This document shows positions 18,738 through 30,000 of a stretch of DNA of 64,000 nucleotides, piece after piece. How positions within the stretch are numbered: the first letter of the stretch is position 1; each line of letters starts with the position of its first letter. The notes beneath the pieces were generated by a model. The model had not been told where the DNA came from. It worked only from the letters and a program-made list of their open reading frames with translations, and ran no database searches. Position numbers and translations under genes: made by a program. This DNA is from Candidatus Firestonebacteria bacterium RIFOXYD2_FULL_39_29 (lineage in GTDB: Bacteria > Oederibacteriota > D2-FULL-39-29): NCBI GenBank assembly GCA_001778375.1, contig MFGV01000018.1, positions 47,022 to 111,021 of the forward strand, read 5' to 3'.

Positions 18738-20450
18738 TTATTTTACAGTAAATCTGCCGGAATGTTTACTGTTGATCTCATAAATGTACCTGCCGGCAGA
18801 CACCGTATTCCCCGAGCTGTCTTTTCCGTCCCACACTTTAACATTATTTAAGACTTTGACTAAATCTCCGGAAATAGAATATATCCTGATGATAGAATTA
18901 TCCGGAAAACCGGAAAATCTTAAGGGTTCCTTCACTAAGTCCACAATATCCTTTTCCACTCCAACCGTATTTTCTTCTTTTGCTGTCCTTTCCGCCTTAG
19001 AGATTGGCGGACTGCCCGCCAAAGAACCGGCGGACAGGCTATGCACTTTCCCTTTTTTATTTCCTTTTTTTTCTGCGTTTTCTGTAATTCCTGCACCTGC
19101 TTTTCCTGCTTCACTTGCTGCCCCTCCCAGTCTCGCCGTAAAGGAAATTCTGTGCGTAACCCCGAGATCCCCGAAAGGAACAAAAGCATAATCAAGCTGG
19201 TAGTCTGAAATCCGGATTCCAATCCCCGCCGTCAGACCGGACAGTTCCCCCAGTTCATTACCGTTAAATCTATAACGATATCCAATCCTTGGAAAAAGAA
19301 GATTATCATAATTATATTCCAACCCTGCCGAGAACTTTGTAAAGTTATCAATCGGCTGATTAATATCAAAATCTCCGGTGAGATTAACCTCGGGAATTTT
19401 AAATCCAACCCCTACTTTAATATTTAGCGGCAACCAGTAGGAGGTTTCCCGTATAGAAAGATGCGGTCCAAAGTTTTGTATTACCATTCCAATGTTAACA
19501 TTTGGAACAATCTTATAAATTGCGCCGACATCTAAAGCAATTGTAAAACCGCCGTATATATCAATGCTTTCATAGACACCTTTAATATTTGCACCAAGTG
19601 TCCAGGATTCATCCAGCTTTGACGAATATGAAGCAACAGCCAGGATATCATAAGCCCCAAATGTTCCTTCCGGCAAAGAAGGACCGTCCTCCGGATTTTC
19701 CATAACCGTACGCCTTTCTATCCCTGCTAAATACAAGCCTCCCAGGGAAAAAGCACAAACACTCTTTGCATCAAGGCGAAGCGCGGCGGAAGCATATTCA
19801 TACCTGATATCCTGAAACCATTCGGTATGCATAGCTGTAAACTCATTACTTGTCAAATTATTCAATCCTGCCGGATTCCAATAAACAGCATAGACATCAT
19901 CCGCAATACCCGCATAGGATTCACCCATTCCGATAGCACGCGCACCCAAGCCTATTTTAAGGAAAGAAGCTGAGGTCTTGCCGGCATTGGGGTGAATCTC
20001 GGCAGCAAAAACAGTAGAAACAGCAAGTACAGCAGAAACAGCTAAGAACAGAATAAAAAAGGAATTATTTGTTTTTTTAATATACTGTCGTTCTTTGACG
20101 GCAGCCATTAAGGAACAAATCATCTTCCAAATCTCATCACAAAGATTAACAAGCTCATCATGGATATTTTCTTCAACAAGACTCTTCTCAAAAGCAAAGT
20201 CAAGTAAATACCTTACCTCTGCCGACGATCTCATAGATACATTCAAAAACTGAACAAATTCTTTCGGATGCAAAGCAGCATTGCCTTCAGCAATGTTTGT
20301 AGGAACAGACAAAGCCGCCCGACGCAACTGGCTAGTAAGGTCAAACATATATTTCCTCGGAAACTCATCTGTAATATCGTAAACCTTTAAAGCCAGACTA
20401 TGTGCTTTTACCCATACTTTCAACTTTCTGTAATCATTAGCATTTCCCAT
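18738..20450 (-). CDS. Four-helix-bundle protein (TIGR02436-like) fused in frame to a PorV/FadL-like outer-membrane beta-barrel with C-terminal sorting-type domain
   Basis: Residues 1-~110 match the four-helix-bundle (23S rRNA intervening-sequence protein) family (KAHSLALKVYDITDEFPRKYMFDLTSQLRRAALSVPTNIAEGNA...). From Met110/115 a signal peptide (KKTNNSFFILFLAVSAVLAVSTVFA) begins. The barrel signature FLKIGLGARAIGMGESYAGIADDVYAVYWNPAGL is shared with ORF 61644..62555. A C-terminal FlgD/T9SS-like beta-sandwich ends the protein. It may be two genes, 20108..20450 and 18738..~20120. Confidence 0.5.
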   Translation of the reverse strand: MGNANDYRKLKVWVKAHSLALKVYDITDEFPRKYMFDLTSQLRRAALSVPTNIAEGNAALHPKEFVQFLNVSMRSSAEVRYLLDFAFEKSLVEENIHDELVNLCDEIWKMICSLMAAVKERQYIKKTNNSFFILFLAVSAVLAVSTVFAAEIHPNAGKTSASFLKIGLGARAIGMGESYAGIADDVYAVYWNPAGLNNLTSNEFTAMHTEWFQDIRYEYASAALRLDAKSVCAFSLGGLYLAGIERRTVMENPEDGPSLPEGTFGAYDILAVASYSSKLDESWTLGANIKGVYESIDIYGGFTIALDVGAIYKIVPNVNIGMVIQNFGPHLSIRETSYWLPLNIKVGVGFKIPEVNLTGDFDINQPIDNFTKFSAGLEYNYDNLLFPRIGYRYRFNGNELGELSGLTAGIGIRISDYQLDYAFVPFGDLGVTHRISFTARLGGAASEAGKAGAGITENAEKKGNKKGKVHSLSAGSLAGSPPISKAERTAKEENTVGVEKDIVDLVKEPLRFSGFPDNSIIRIYSISGDLVKVLNNVKVWDGKDSSGNTVSAGRYIYEINSKHSGRFTVK

Positions 20451-20536
20451 ATACCCCGCCCTTGTTTTTTTCTAAGTTCCTAATCTTTTCCTTTTCTTGC
20501 TGTATTTACTGTTCTTGCTTTGTTTGCTGTACTTGC

Positions 20537-22786
20537 TTAATGCACCACGGCCATCTTCTTCGTGACATATTTTCTTTCACCATTAACTTTTGAGATAGCT
20601 TGGAGTTTGAAGATATAGACTCCGCTGGCATAGTCCTTAATGTTCCACGGGATGTCAACCCCATTCCCACCGAAACCGTTTCCTTTTAATTCTGCTACAA
20701 TCTCGCCCGCGATATTAAATACGGACACCGTAATATCCGCATCCGCGCCGAGATAGCATTTAAAATAAGTAATATCACCGAGCGCAGGATTCGGGTAAAC
20801 ATATACCGTATCTTTATTTATAAGTTCCGCAACACCAGGTTTATACTCGAAGATCCTATAAACTGAAAAGTGAGAGACCGTTGCAATCACATAATTCTCC
20901 TCGGTATTCGGTTTGGAAGTATTTACCACACTCCACTTCAATTTTGACGTATCCCAGACCGCAATTCTTAGATTTGTTTCTGATTTCCCCGCCACTTCAA
21001 CATCCGCGTAAGGGATTTTTATAGTTACTTTTTGTTTAAAAACAGCATTCGCAGCTTTCGTAAGAGTAAAGGATCTTGCAACCTCCGTCGGCGTAAAATT
21101 AGACGGGTAAGCGGAATTTGCATAGACCACAGGTTTATCAATAGTCACCGTATCATCTTCTGTCAAAGCTCCGGGGTCGAAAACAACTTCCGTACCGTCC
21201 GGAGAAGTTACAGTACCTCCGATTGCGGCACTTATTGTACCGGCAGTTATCACGTTGTTAATGAAAAACCCTATGATTGCCCTGCTATTTAAGGAAGTGC
21301 CGTCATCCACGGTAAGCCGCAGTTTATACTCCCCCTCAGGGAAGCCGCTCGTTACAAGACTCACGAGGTTATTAACCGCAGGCAGCGTTGTGCTCTCGCC
21401 TGCTTTTACCCAGGCAGCGGTATTGCCCAGGCTGTACTCTACGGTATATTTATTGAACTGCGCATTTTCTATTACACCCTTTAGCATTACCTGCCCTTTT
21501 ACGGTCGCGCCGTCTTCCGGATAAGTAATTGCAGAAACTTTTGCTGCTTTAAAAGCGTATAGTGTCCCGTCCCCGGTTTCTCCGCAACCCACATAAACCC
21601 AGCCGTTTGCAACCGCCGGGGTAGAGAGTATAGGAGCTTCAACCGTTTTAGTTTCCAGAATATCACCATTAATATCAACTGCATAAAGTTTACCTTCAGT
21701 AGACCCGGCATAAATAACTCCGTTTGCCACAACAGGAGTGGAAACAACACCGGTGGTAGAGGCATTGCCGAGAGGAACAGGTGCCATATTTGTAACCCCG
21801 CTTGAATTCAAAGAATATAGTTTTGCAGGTGTGATTCCGCTGACAAAATATATTGAGCCTTCCGCCTCAGTAATAGAAGATACCAGCGTAGGCAAAGCAG
21901 GCGCCGAACCAAAATCGTTTAAAACCCAACCCGGCTTTGGAGTCCCGTCGCTATTAAGTAAGAGCGCATGAACTTTTCTATCATCGTTTCCTCCTGCAAA
22001 ATAAACGACGTTACCGTCATTTGAGACACAGGGTGTCGCAAGAAATACCCCGCCCGCAGTCGGAAAGAACCATTTCACCTCTCCTGAATAAGCATCAAGC
22101 GCGTACAAACACCCGTCATTGGCCCCGACGTAAACAACACCGTTATATACCGCCGGCGAAGAGTAACTGTACTGCCCGATGGGTTTTGTCCAAGCCATAG
22201 ACCTTGTTGAAAGATTAAAACAATAGATGTATTTATTGGGATAACCTGTTGCGCCGTACATATTGCCGTTATAAATAACAGGAGAAGCACAATCGGTACT
22301 GCCAATATTATAAGTCCATTTAATTTCTCCGGTTTCGGCATCAAACGCATAAAGATTACCGTCCTGGGAAATGACATATATCCTGCCTGCATCCGCCAGA
22401 GGTGAAGAAACTATTTTGCCATCTGTTGAATACTGCCACTTTACTTCGGCGGTCAGTGAATCAGCCGTCATAGCATACACATCACCGGCATCATTGGCGA
22501 AGTACACCGCCCCGCGATAAACTATAGGCGAAGAAACTATTGCACCCTGTGTTGTGTAAGACCATTTCAAGGTAAGAGCCGGATAGGCCTGTTCAGTAAC
22601 CGCCCCCGACCGCTTTGAGTCCCGCTTGAAAGCCCGGAAATCAGCAGAAAAAGCAGAAGAAGCAAGGAAAGCACAGAAAGAGAAAACAGCAAGGAAAGCA
22701 AATACAGAAAGAAAATGTTTAAAAATAGATTTCTTTCTAAAATCTCTTAAACTTTCATTTAGTTTTTTCTTCATTTTGATCTCCAT
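20537..22786 (-). CDS. Secreted PQQ-like beta-propeller protein with Ig-like middle region and T9SS-type C-terminal sorting domain
   Basis: Signal peptide is followed by repeated PQQ/BamB-like blades (GAVYFANDAGDVYAM, GRIYVISQDGNLYAFDAETGEIKW, GVVYVGANDGCLYALDAYSGEVKW). The C-terminal ~80 aa (VYPNPA...SGVYIFKL...KKMAVVH) resembles Por_Secre_tail. Confidence 0.6.
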   Translation of the reverse strand: MEIKMKKKLNESLRDFRKKSIFKHFLSVFAFLAVFSFCAFLASSAFSADFRAFKRDSKRSGAVTEQAYPALTLKWSYTTQGAIVSSPIVYRGAVYFANDAGDVYAMTADSLTAEVKWQYSTDGKIVSSPLADAGRIYVISQDGNLYAFDAETGEIKWTYNIGSTDCASPVIYNGNMYGATGYPNKYIYCFNLSTRSMAWTKPIGQYSYSSPAVYNGVVYVGANDGCLYALDAYSGEVKWFFPTAGGVFLATPCVSNDGNVVYFAGGNDDRKVHALLLNSDGTPKPGWVLNDFGSAPALPTLVSSITEAEGSIYFVSGITPAKLYSLNSSGVTNMAPVPLGNASTTGVVSTPVVANGVIYAGSTEGKLYAVDINGDILETKTVEAPILSTPAVANGWVYVGCGETGDGTLYAFKAAKVSAITYPEDGATVKGQVMLKGVIENAQFNKYTVEYSLGNTAAWVKAGESTTLPAVNNLVSLVTSGFPEGEYKLRLTVDDGTSLNSRAIIGFFINNVITAGTISAAIGGTVTSPDGTEVVFDPGALTEDDTVTIDKPVVYANSAYPSNFTPTEVARSFTLTKAANAVFKQKVTIKIPYADVEVAGKSETNLRIAVWDTSKLKWSVVNTSKPNTEENYVIATVSHFSVYRIFEYKPGVAELINKDTVYVYPNPALGDITYFKCYLGADADITVSVFNIAGEIVAELKGNGFGGNGVDIPWNIKDYASGVYIFKLQAISKVNGERKYVTKKMAVVH

Positions 22787-22894
22787 TTTTTTACTTTTCA
22801 GCTGCTTTTTCTGTATCTACTGTTGGTGCTTTACTTTCTGTTTTTGCTTTACCTGCTTTTCCTGTCCTTGCTGTCTTTGCTTTACTTGCTTCTT

Positions 22895-24060
22895 TTACTG
22901 TATCTGCAGTGCGTACACTTTTCCGTCAGTTGAAGTAAATGTAATATTTGTATACTCTCCAAACCCGTCATCCCAGCCGCCAAGAACTGGCATTGCTTTC
23001 ACGGCAGCGCCGGTAGTCACAGGCCAGCCGCTTCTGAGAATACCGTCAGAGGCAGAGATACAATAACACCTTCCGTCATCACTTCCGAAATAAACCCACC
23101 CGTTATAAACGATAGGTGAAGATTTTATCGCCCCGGCGGTTGTAAACTCCCATATCGGTGTTCCGGTTTCACCGTTAATCTTGTACATCTTTCCGTTATT
23201 TGCGCCGAAATAAAGCGCTTTTGGAGACTCCCAGGCCCAATAAAACGGAACCGTTTCAATGGCGCTGCCTATATTATAATTACCGTCTTCCTGACCACCA
23301 CGATTCTTCCACCCGTCAGGGATTAACGTAAGATTTACGGAAGAGCGGCAATACATCTTTCCATCAGTTGAGGGTATGAAGAGATTATTTGAGGCTCCAA
23401 ATTGGTATCCGCCGTCAATAAACGGAGAGGACTTTATGCTTGAACCGGTAGTCAGCGTACTCAAGACCTGTCCGTTTACCGTGTTTACTCTGTATAAAGA
23501 ACCCCCTTCAGAGCCTATCCAGCAGGAGCTTACACCCGGAGTAAACTCATCAACAGCTGCCGAGCCGGTCAGATTCCCGGAAATCGCCGTGCTGGTATCC
23601 CAAATAACACTTCCGGTAGCATCGTCTATTTTGAAAAGTTTACCGTTCGCGGCCCCGATATAAATACTTCCGCCGGTCATAATCGGCTCTGCCTTTACAA
23701 CCGCGCCAAGATTAATCGTCCACCCTCCGGTTGTCGTTCCGGAAGTACCCTGATCTTTTATCTTATAGATGTAGCCCGCGTCATTAGCGATATAAATGAA
23801 GGTATTACCGTTTTCCATGGTAACCTGCGGGGCAGAACTAATAGCGCCTGTTGTTTCAAAAGGCACCGTCCATTTAGCGCTCCCGTCATTATTCAGAGCA
23901 TACAGTTTTCCCGCGGAGGAACCCATAAACAGGCCCTGCTCTGTGTCCCTGTTGATTGCGACAGGACTCGTAATCTGTTCGTTAACCGCCGTTGCTACAG
24001 TAGCAGGATATTGCGAGTCAACAGGAGGCGGCGCGGGAGCAAACACCGTAACACCGGTCG
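22895..24060 (-). other. C-terminal PQQ-like beta-propeller of the giant protein
   Basis: Blades GKLYALNNDGSAKW, GYIYKIKDQG, GKLFKIDDATGSVIW, GSLYRVNTVNGQVL, GKMYCRSS, GKMYKINGETGTPIWEF, GRCYCISASDGILRSGW, GKVYALQIQ. There is no T9SS CTD at the extreme C-terminus. Confidence 0.55.
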
Positions 24061-27000
24061 AAGAAACAGGGGCTGAAGCAGCCGTAGCCTGCGTAACATC
24101 ATAATAAGCATCCCTCAAGTAAATATCAGCATCCACAATTGCTTTAAAAGAATTCGGCGAAGCCGCACCGGCATTTGTGGTAAGTTCAGCAACTACAAAA
24201 TACACTGCGCTTGTTCCTTTCTGTATCGTTGCTTCACTTCCGTCAGGAAGAGGCACATTCATTGTCAAAACTCCGCTTCCGTCAAGGGATATGGAACTGT
24301 TCTGAACCGCGGCAAGAACATCCGTATCAAAAGCGGGTTCATAACTTCCGGCAACGCCCGTATTCGCGTTGTCCCTGAATATACTGACGCTCTCAAACAA
24401 CCCCTGCGCCCCGGCAGTAGAAAGGAGAGTTCCGCCTCCATCCGTGAATTTAACATTTACCGATGTCAGTTCTATATTATTCCCCCACGCAGGGCTGGTA
24501 CTCGTCACCGTAATTTTAAGGAGCGCGATCTTTTCGCTGTTATTCGCACTTCCGTTAACGGGAGCGGTATCAGAAACAACTCCGGTGGGTATTGAAGCAT
24601 CATAGGTTATGGCGCTGTTTACAACCTGAGCCGGCGCGCCGTCAGCCGTATCGCTATTGAGTATTAACTTATACGTCGCACCGTCAACTATCTTATTTCC
24701 TTCTATATCGGTGATTACCGCGCCGGAAACTGTCACTGTTTGCGGAGCTGTTACCGCAGTATTAAAACCAAGATCAGAAAGCCTGAACACATGAGGAGAT
24801 TTAGTATCCGTATTTCCGCCGGTCTTGACAAACCATAAAGTATCATTAACCCCGTCGGAAGAATTCTCGCCCAGAGTGATACTTATTTTAAAATTCCTTG
24901 AAATATTTATGGTTGGAGAGCCAAAAGTATTCGCCAAAACCTGAGTTCCCGCACTATTTCGCCGCCCTTCTGTCGGTGTCGCGAAACTTCCAAAGTCACT
25001 GTTATCAACATTTGTATCAACCCCGTTTCTGCCCAGAGTATTCGGAGCAGAAAGACCGCCCGCAGCAGAATTCGCATATAGAACCAGTGTTCCTGTATAA
25101 TCATAATAGACAGAAGGCGTTCCGGACTGCCAGGTCGCCCTGTCTTCCACCTGGCCCGAAGCATTTTCGAGAGCAACAAAATCCGCCGATGAGGTAAGGC
25201 CGTTCGTTGTTCCAAAGGAGTTCTCATATGTAAAGCTGTTTGCCCCGGTATCCGTACTGCTGTTATCCACCGCGGCAAAAGAACCCGCGTCTATATTTCT
25301 GGTAAAAGTAAAATGTTTCCTGTAGGGATTATTTCCGGAAACGGACTGAGAACCTCTTAATATGTATCCGGCAAGCGTCACCGCCGTGCCTCCTGTATTA
25401 TTTAACTCAATAAATTCATCCGCAAGCTGATGATATGAGATCTCATTTATTTTCACGGTACCGGTGACCGCATTAAGCGCGTTTTGAGTCGGCGTCGGAT
25501 CTTTCTCAAGATAATTACTGCCGTCAGAGATTCTTGCAAAAGAAATATCTGATGCGCCTGCAGTAAAGGCGGGCCACTGCACTACATCAATCTGAGTATT
25601 TGAATTATCTTTAAGTTTCACGTATCTAATATTATTCCCGTCCAAATTCGACGAAACGCCGAGTGTAAGTACACTGCCGTTTGTGACGGTAACTCCGGCA
25701 CTTCCTGTCCACACCGCTACATCCGTTCCGGGGCTTGCTATAGTTCCGCTGTTATAAACCAGAGTCCAGCCGCTCAAACCGACATCACTGCCGGTGTCAT
25801 TATAAAGTTCAACCCAGTCCGCGCCTGCTGAAGCTCCGAGCGAATAAACCTCATTAATATGTATATTACCCGTCTGCGGCAAGCAGGACGGATTGTTTGA
25901 AAGAGCAGAATAATTATTGGCCTTATCTTTTGTTTTAATTGCAAAATAATAGGTTACTCCGGGTGTTAAACCCGACAGATATCTTGTCTCCTCTGCGGCG
26001 GCTGTTACCGGCACCCAGGTATTCGGGTAATCTGTTGCATTTTCAAAATCAGTATCATTGGCAATCGGACTTGTCGAATATCTCACTATATACGACCCTG
26101 CTGTATTGTCCGCAGAAACCCCGTTATCTCCGGGAGCAGTCCAGGTAAGTTTTACCTGTCCCCGGGACACTCCCGGCACCGCGGTAAGATTTGTCGTATT
26201 TGAAGGAGCCACCGTGTCTTTTCTTATATAGAAAGCATCCGTAGTCAAAGTGGTCAAGCCCGCATTGTCATACCCTCTTGCCGATACGTAGTTTGTTCCT
26301 TCTGCCAGAGCCGACCAGGCAACAGTCCAGTTTGTCGTGTAAGTCGAGGCATTTATTGACGAAGCAATATTTGTCCAGGCCACAAGATTTGTCCCTGTCA
26401 TTCCGGTGGCAGAATAAACCGTATACTGAACATTATTAAGCAGAGAGGTTGCATCCGAAAAATCAACATTATAGGAGGTACCTGCAGCGTTTCGCCAGGC
26501 TGTATCACCGGACTGATTATTGGTAATCACCGGAGCCACGGTATCTTTTTTTACATAAAACTTATCGGCTTCAATAACGTTATTGCCCGCACCGTCTACT
26601 ATTTTAACGGAAATATTATTTACACCCTCCTGTAAAGCCGTCCAGACTGCGGAAGGAAGAGCCCAATCGGTTGTATAACTGTTATTATTTATTCCGGATA
26701 CCGCATTTGTCCAGTCAGAAAGAAGCGAACCTGTCATGCCGGTTCCTGAATACACTTTCACCTGGTTGTAAGCTAAAAGCGAACCACCTGCATCCGAGAA
26801 ATCCACATTATAGGTGCCATTATTTGAAGTTCTCCACGTATCATCCCCTGCCTGATTATCGGTCATACCCGGCGGATTCGTATCATGCATATCCAGACAC
26901 ATATTCGCGCATCTGTATAAAGAATCTGAAGCTCCGGCATTATGTACAGTCCCGCCGGTCCAGGCAGAGCCCGTCCAATTCCTGGAAGCAATGGTTGCTG

Positions 27001-30000
27001 ATTCATCTATACCAACAGCCGTCATCTTGTTCTGATTCGGATCCGGCTCAAGCTGAACCCAGCGTATATGGTTAGACCAGTCATAAGTATCTTTCGGTGC
27101 CGCAGCCGGAGTAGCAGACCAGCCGCCCGCAGAAGTCCACGTAATATAACTAAGTTTTGTTGAAGTAAAATCCACGGCAACCGCAACTGCTTTGCCGCTG
27201 CTTTTTTCAAAAGCAACATCAGCTCTAAATCCGTCAGACGGTTCCATCGTAGTATCCGCCGCAGGAAGCGCGCCCCACGCAGCGCCGGTCCAGACGCAGA
27301 CATCCCATCTTGAAGAACCCGAGAGTGAAGCAAAAGCAATATTGTTTGAGGACGACGCCGTATCAGAAGCAATTCTTATCCAGTTAGCCGTCGACGCAAT
27401 GTTAGGCCCAGTTCCCTGAGACGCAAGCCATATCGAACCGTTCCACTGATCATACGTTGTTCCTGTACCGGCACCCCAGATTACCATACATTTACCCGAG
27501 GTATTTTCCCAGGCAATATCAAAGCATTGTTTACTGTTAACCGCGGCCGCAGTCGAAAGGGTTTTACCGTTACCCCATACAGAACCGCTCCATCTTAAAG
27601 CATAAATATCGGAATTAGCATCCAGAGTCGCAAGCATTATTTCCGCAGTTCCGCTTCTTTGTTTCAATCTCACCCAGTAAACTATACCTGTAGTCCCGGC
27701 ATCATACGTAGTTTCATTCGTCCAGGAGGTACCGTCCCAAATCCTGTAAGCTATCTCATTTGAAGCCGCACCGGTAGAGTAAACCACCATACATCTTCCC
27801 GTTGTCTGTTCATACGCAATATCAAAACCTCTATAAATGCTGTTATTTGAGCCGATGCCCGAGACATTCCATTGAGTCTGCCAGGAGTTTGTCAAACCGT
27901 CATATTTTAAGACAGACATAGTGCCGCCGCTGGAAAGAACCCCTGCCATTTTCTCATTCCTGAAAACAGGGCAGGGTTTTGTAATCACCCATCTTATGGT
28001 AGCCGTAGCCGCCGTAGCAGTCTGCTCGCTGCCCCATGCCGACCCGCTCCAGAGTTCATACTTTGGATTTGTTAAACTTCCCGAGCCGTAAATGATAACC
28101 CCTGCCGCCGCACCGGGAGCTCCGGAAACCGCTGAAGGGGAATTGCCGTAGGTTCCTGTATTTGGGACTTCATCATAAGCTCTTATTGCAAAATAATACG
28201 TAGTACTCGGAGTTAAACCCGAAACCGTCCTGTTTTCTGTAACCCCGGCATTAACCGGTGTCCAGGATTGACTATAGGTAGTCGCCGCATTCCAGGTTGC
28301 CAGATTCGTCACAGGAGTGGGTGCATATTTAACAGTGTACCCTCCGTTCGGCGGAGCCTGCAAGTTAATGCCTGTCCCATTGTCCCCGGGCGCAGTCCAG
28401 GAAAGATTTACCTCTCCCGCATAATCTCCGGTAACCGCAGACAGGCTTGTTATCTCTGACGGCGCAGTAACATCAGCACCGGTAGTTCCCGAATTACCCG
28501 TAAGATTTGAAACACCTCCCAAACTTCCCGCTTTATCAACCGGTTTTATAGCAACGTAATACAAAGAGTTTGCATTAAGTCCCGTTATACTCCTCGTTTC
28601 CGTACTTCCTCCCGCAACAAAACTTGCCCAGGAGTGAGTATAAGTAGAAGCCGCATTAAAGTCCACATCAGTCCCCGAAAAGTTCCCCTGCGCGGAGGTT
28701 TTATATTTTACCGAATAATTGCTGACAGTTCCCGAAGCAGCATCATCCCCCGGAGCTTTCCAGGAGAGATTTAAAATACCTTCCGCTCCCGTAGAAACCG
28801 AAAGATTAGTGATAGCCGACGGCGCTGTTGTGTCCTTGTTTATATAGAAGACATCATTTTGCGATACGGCATTTGTCAGATTATCGTAAGCTCTGACAGA
28901 AACATAATTAACACCCTCCTGCAGTGCCGCAAAATCCACCGTAAAGTTAGTCGTGTAAGTAGCGGCATTCAGTCCGGTTGCGATATCCGTCCAGTCCTTT
29001 CTGATGCTTCCCGTCTGCCCCGTCGCAGTTGTTACTTTATACTGCACATTGTTCAGAAGAGAACCGTTGTCGGTGAAATCTACATCATAAAGTGTCCCGG
29101 CCGCATTCCTCCAGGCCGTATCCCCTGTCTGGTTATTGGTAATTGTCGGTCCCTGGGTATCTTTTTTTACATAGAACACGTCGTTTTGCTGTTTCGTATT
29201 TCCGGAGTTATCGTAAACCCGGACCGAGACATAATTCGTACCTTCGGACAAAGCGGTGAAATCCACAGTCCAGTTTGTCGCATAAGACCCGGCATTTATT
29301 CCCGAGGCAATATTCGTCCAGGCTTTAATAGTCGAACCGGTAAGGCCGGTTCCGGAATATACGGTATACTGCGCGTAAGAGAGCTGTGAACCGCCGGCAT
29401 CAGTGAAATCAACATCGTATACGGTTCCCGCAGCACTCCGCCAGGTATTATCACCGGCCTGATTATTGGTAACTACCGGTAAAGTAGAGTCTTTCCTTAC
29501 ATAAAACACATCGTCAGAAGTAATAACTCCGCCTGCATTATCATAAGCTCTGACGGAAACGTAATTACTCCCGTCAGCAAGCACGTTATAATCAACACTC
29601 CAGTCTGTCGCATACGAAGAAGCATTTATTCCGGTCGCAATATTGGTCCAGTCCTTTATAAGGGTGCCTGTTTTTCCTGTCGCCGAGTACACCGCATACT
29701 GCGCATACGAAAGGTTGGAGTTCCCCGTATCAGAGAAATCTACATTATACACAGTCCCGGCAGTATTTCTCCAGGTATTATCACCTGTCTGATTATTGGT
29801 AAAAGAAGGCGCTAGCGCATCTTTCTTGACATAGAAAGCATCCGTAAGAACAGTTGAAGAAGTCTGATTATCGGAGATCCGTACAGAGACATAATTTGTC
29901 CCGTTTTGAAGGGCAGCAAAATCCACCTGCCAGTCGGTCGTATATGTCGAAGCGTTTATTCCGGAAGCAATCGCTGTCCAATTTTTAAGCTGACTGCCTG

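Noticed and set aside
22626-23066. 146-aa + strand ORF spanning the giant-gene/CTD-cargo junction
   Set aside because: It is the translation of the purine-rich low-complexity intergenic tract and of antisense coding sequence. It has a K/E/A-rich then C/F-rich nonsense composition and no start context.
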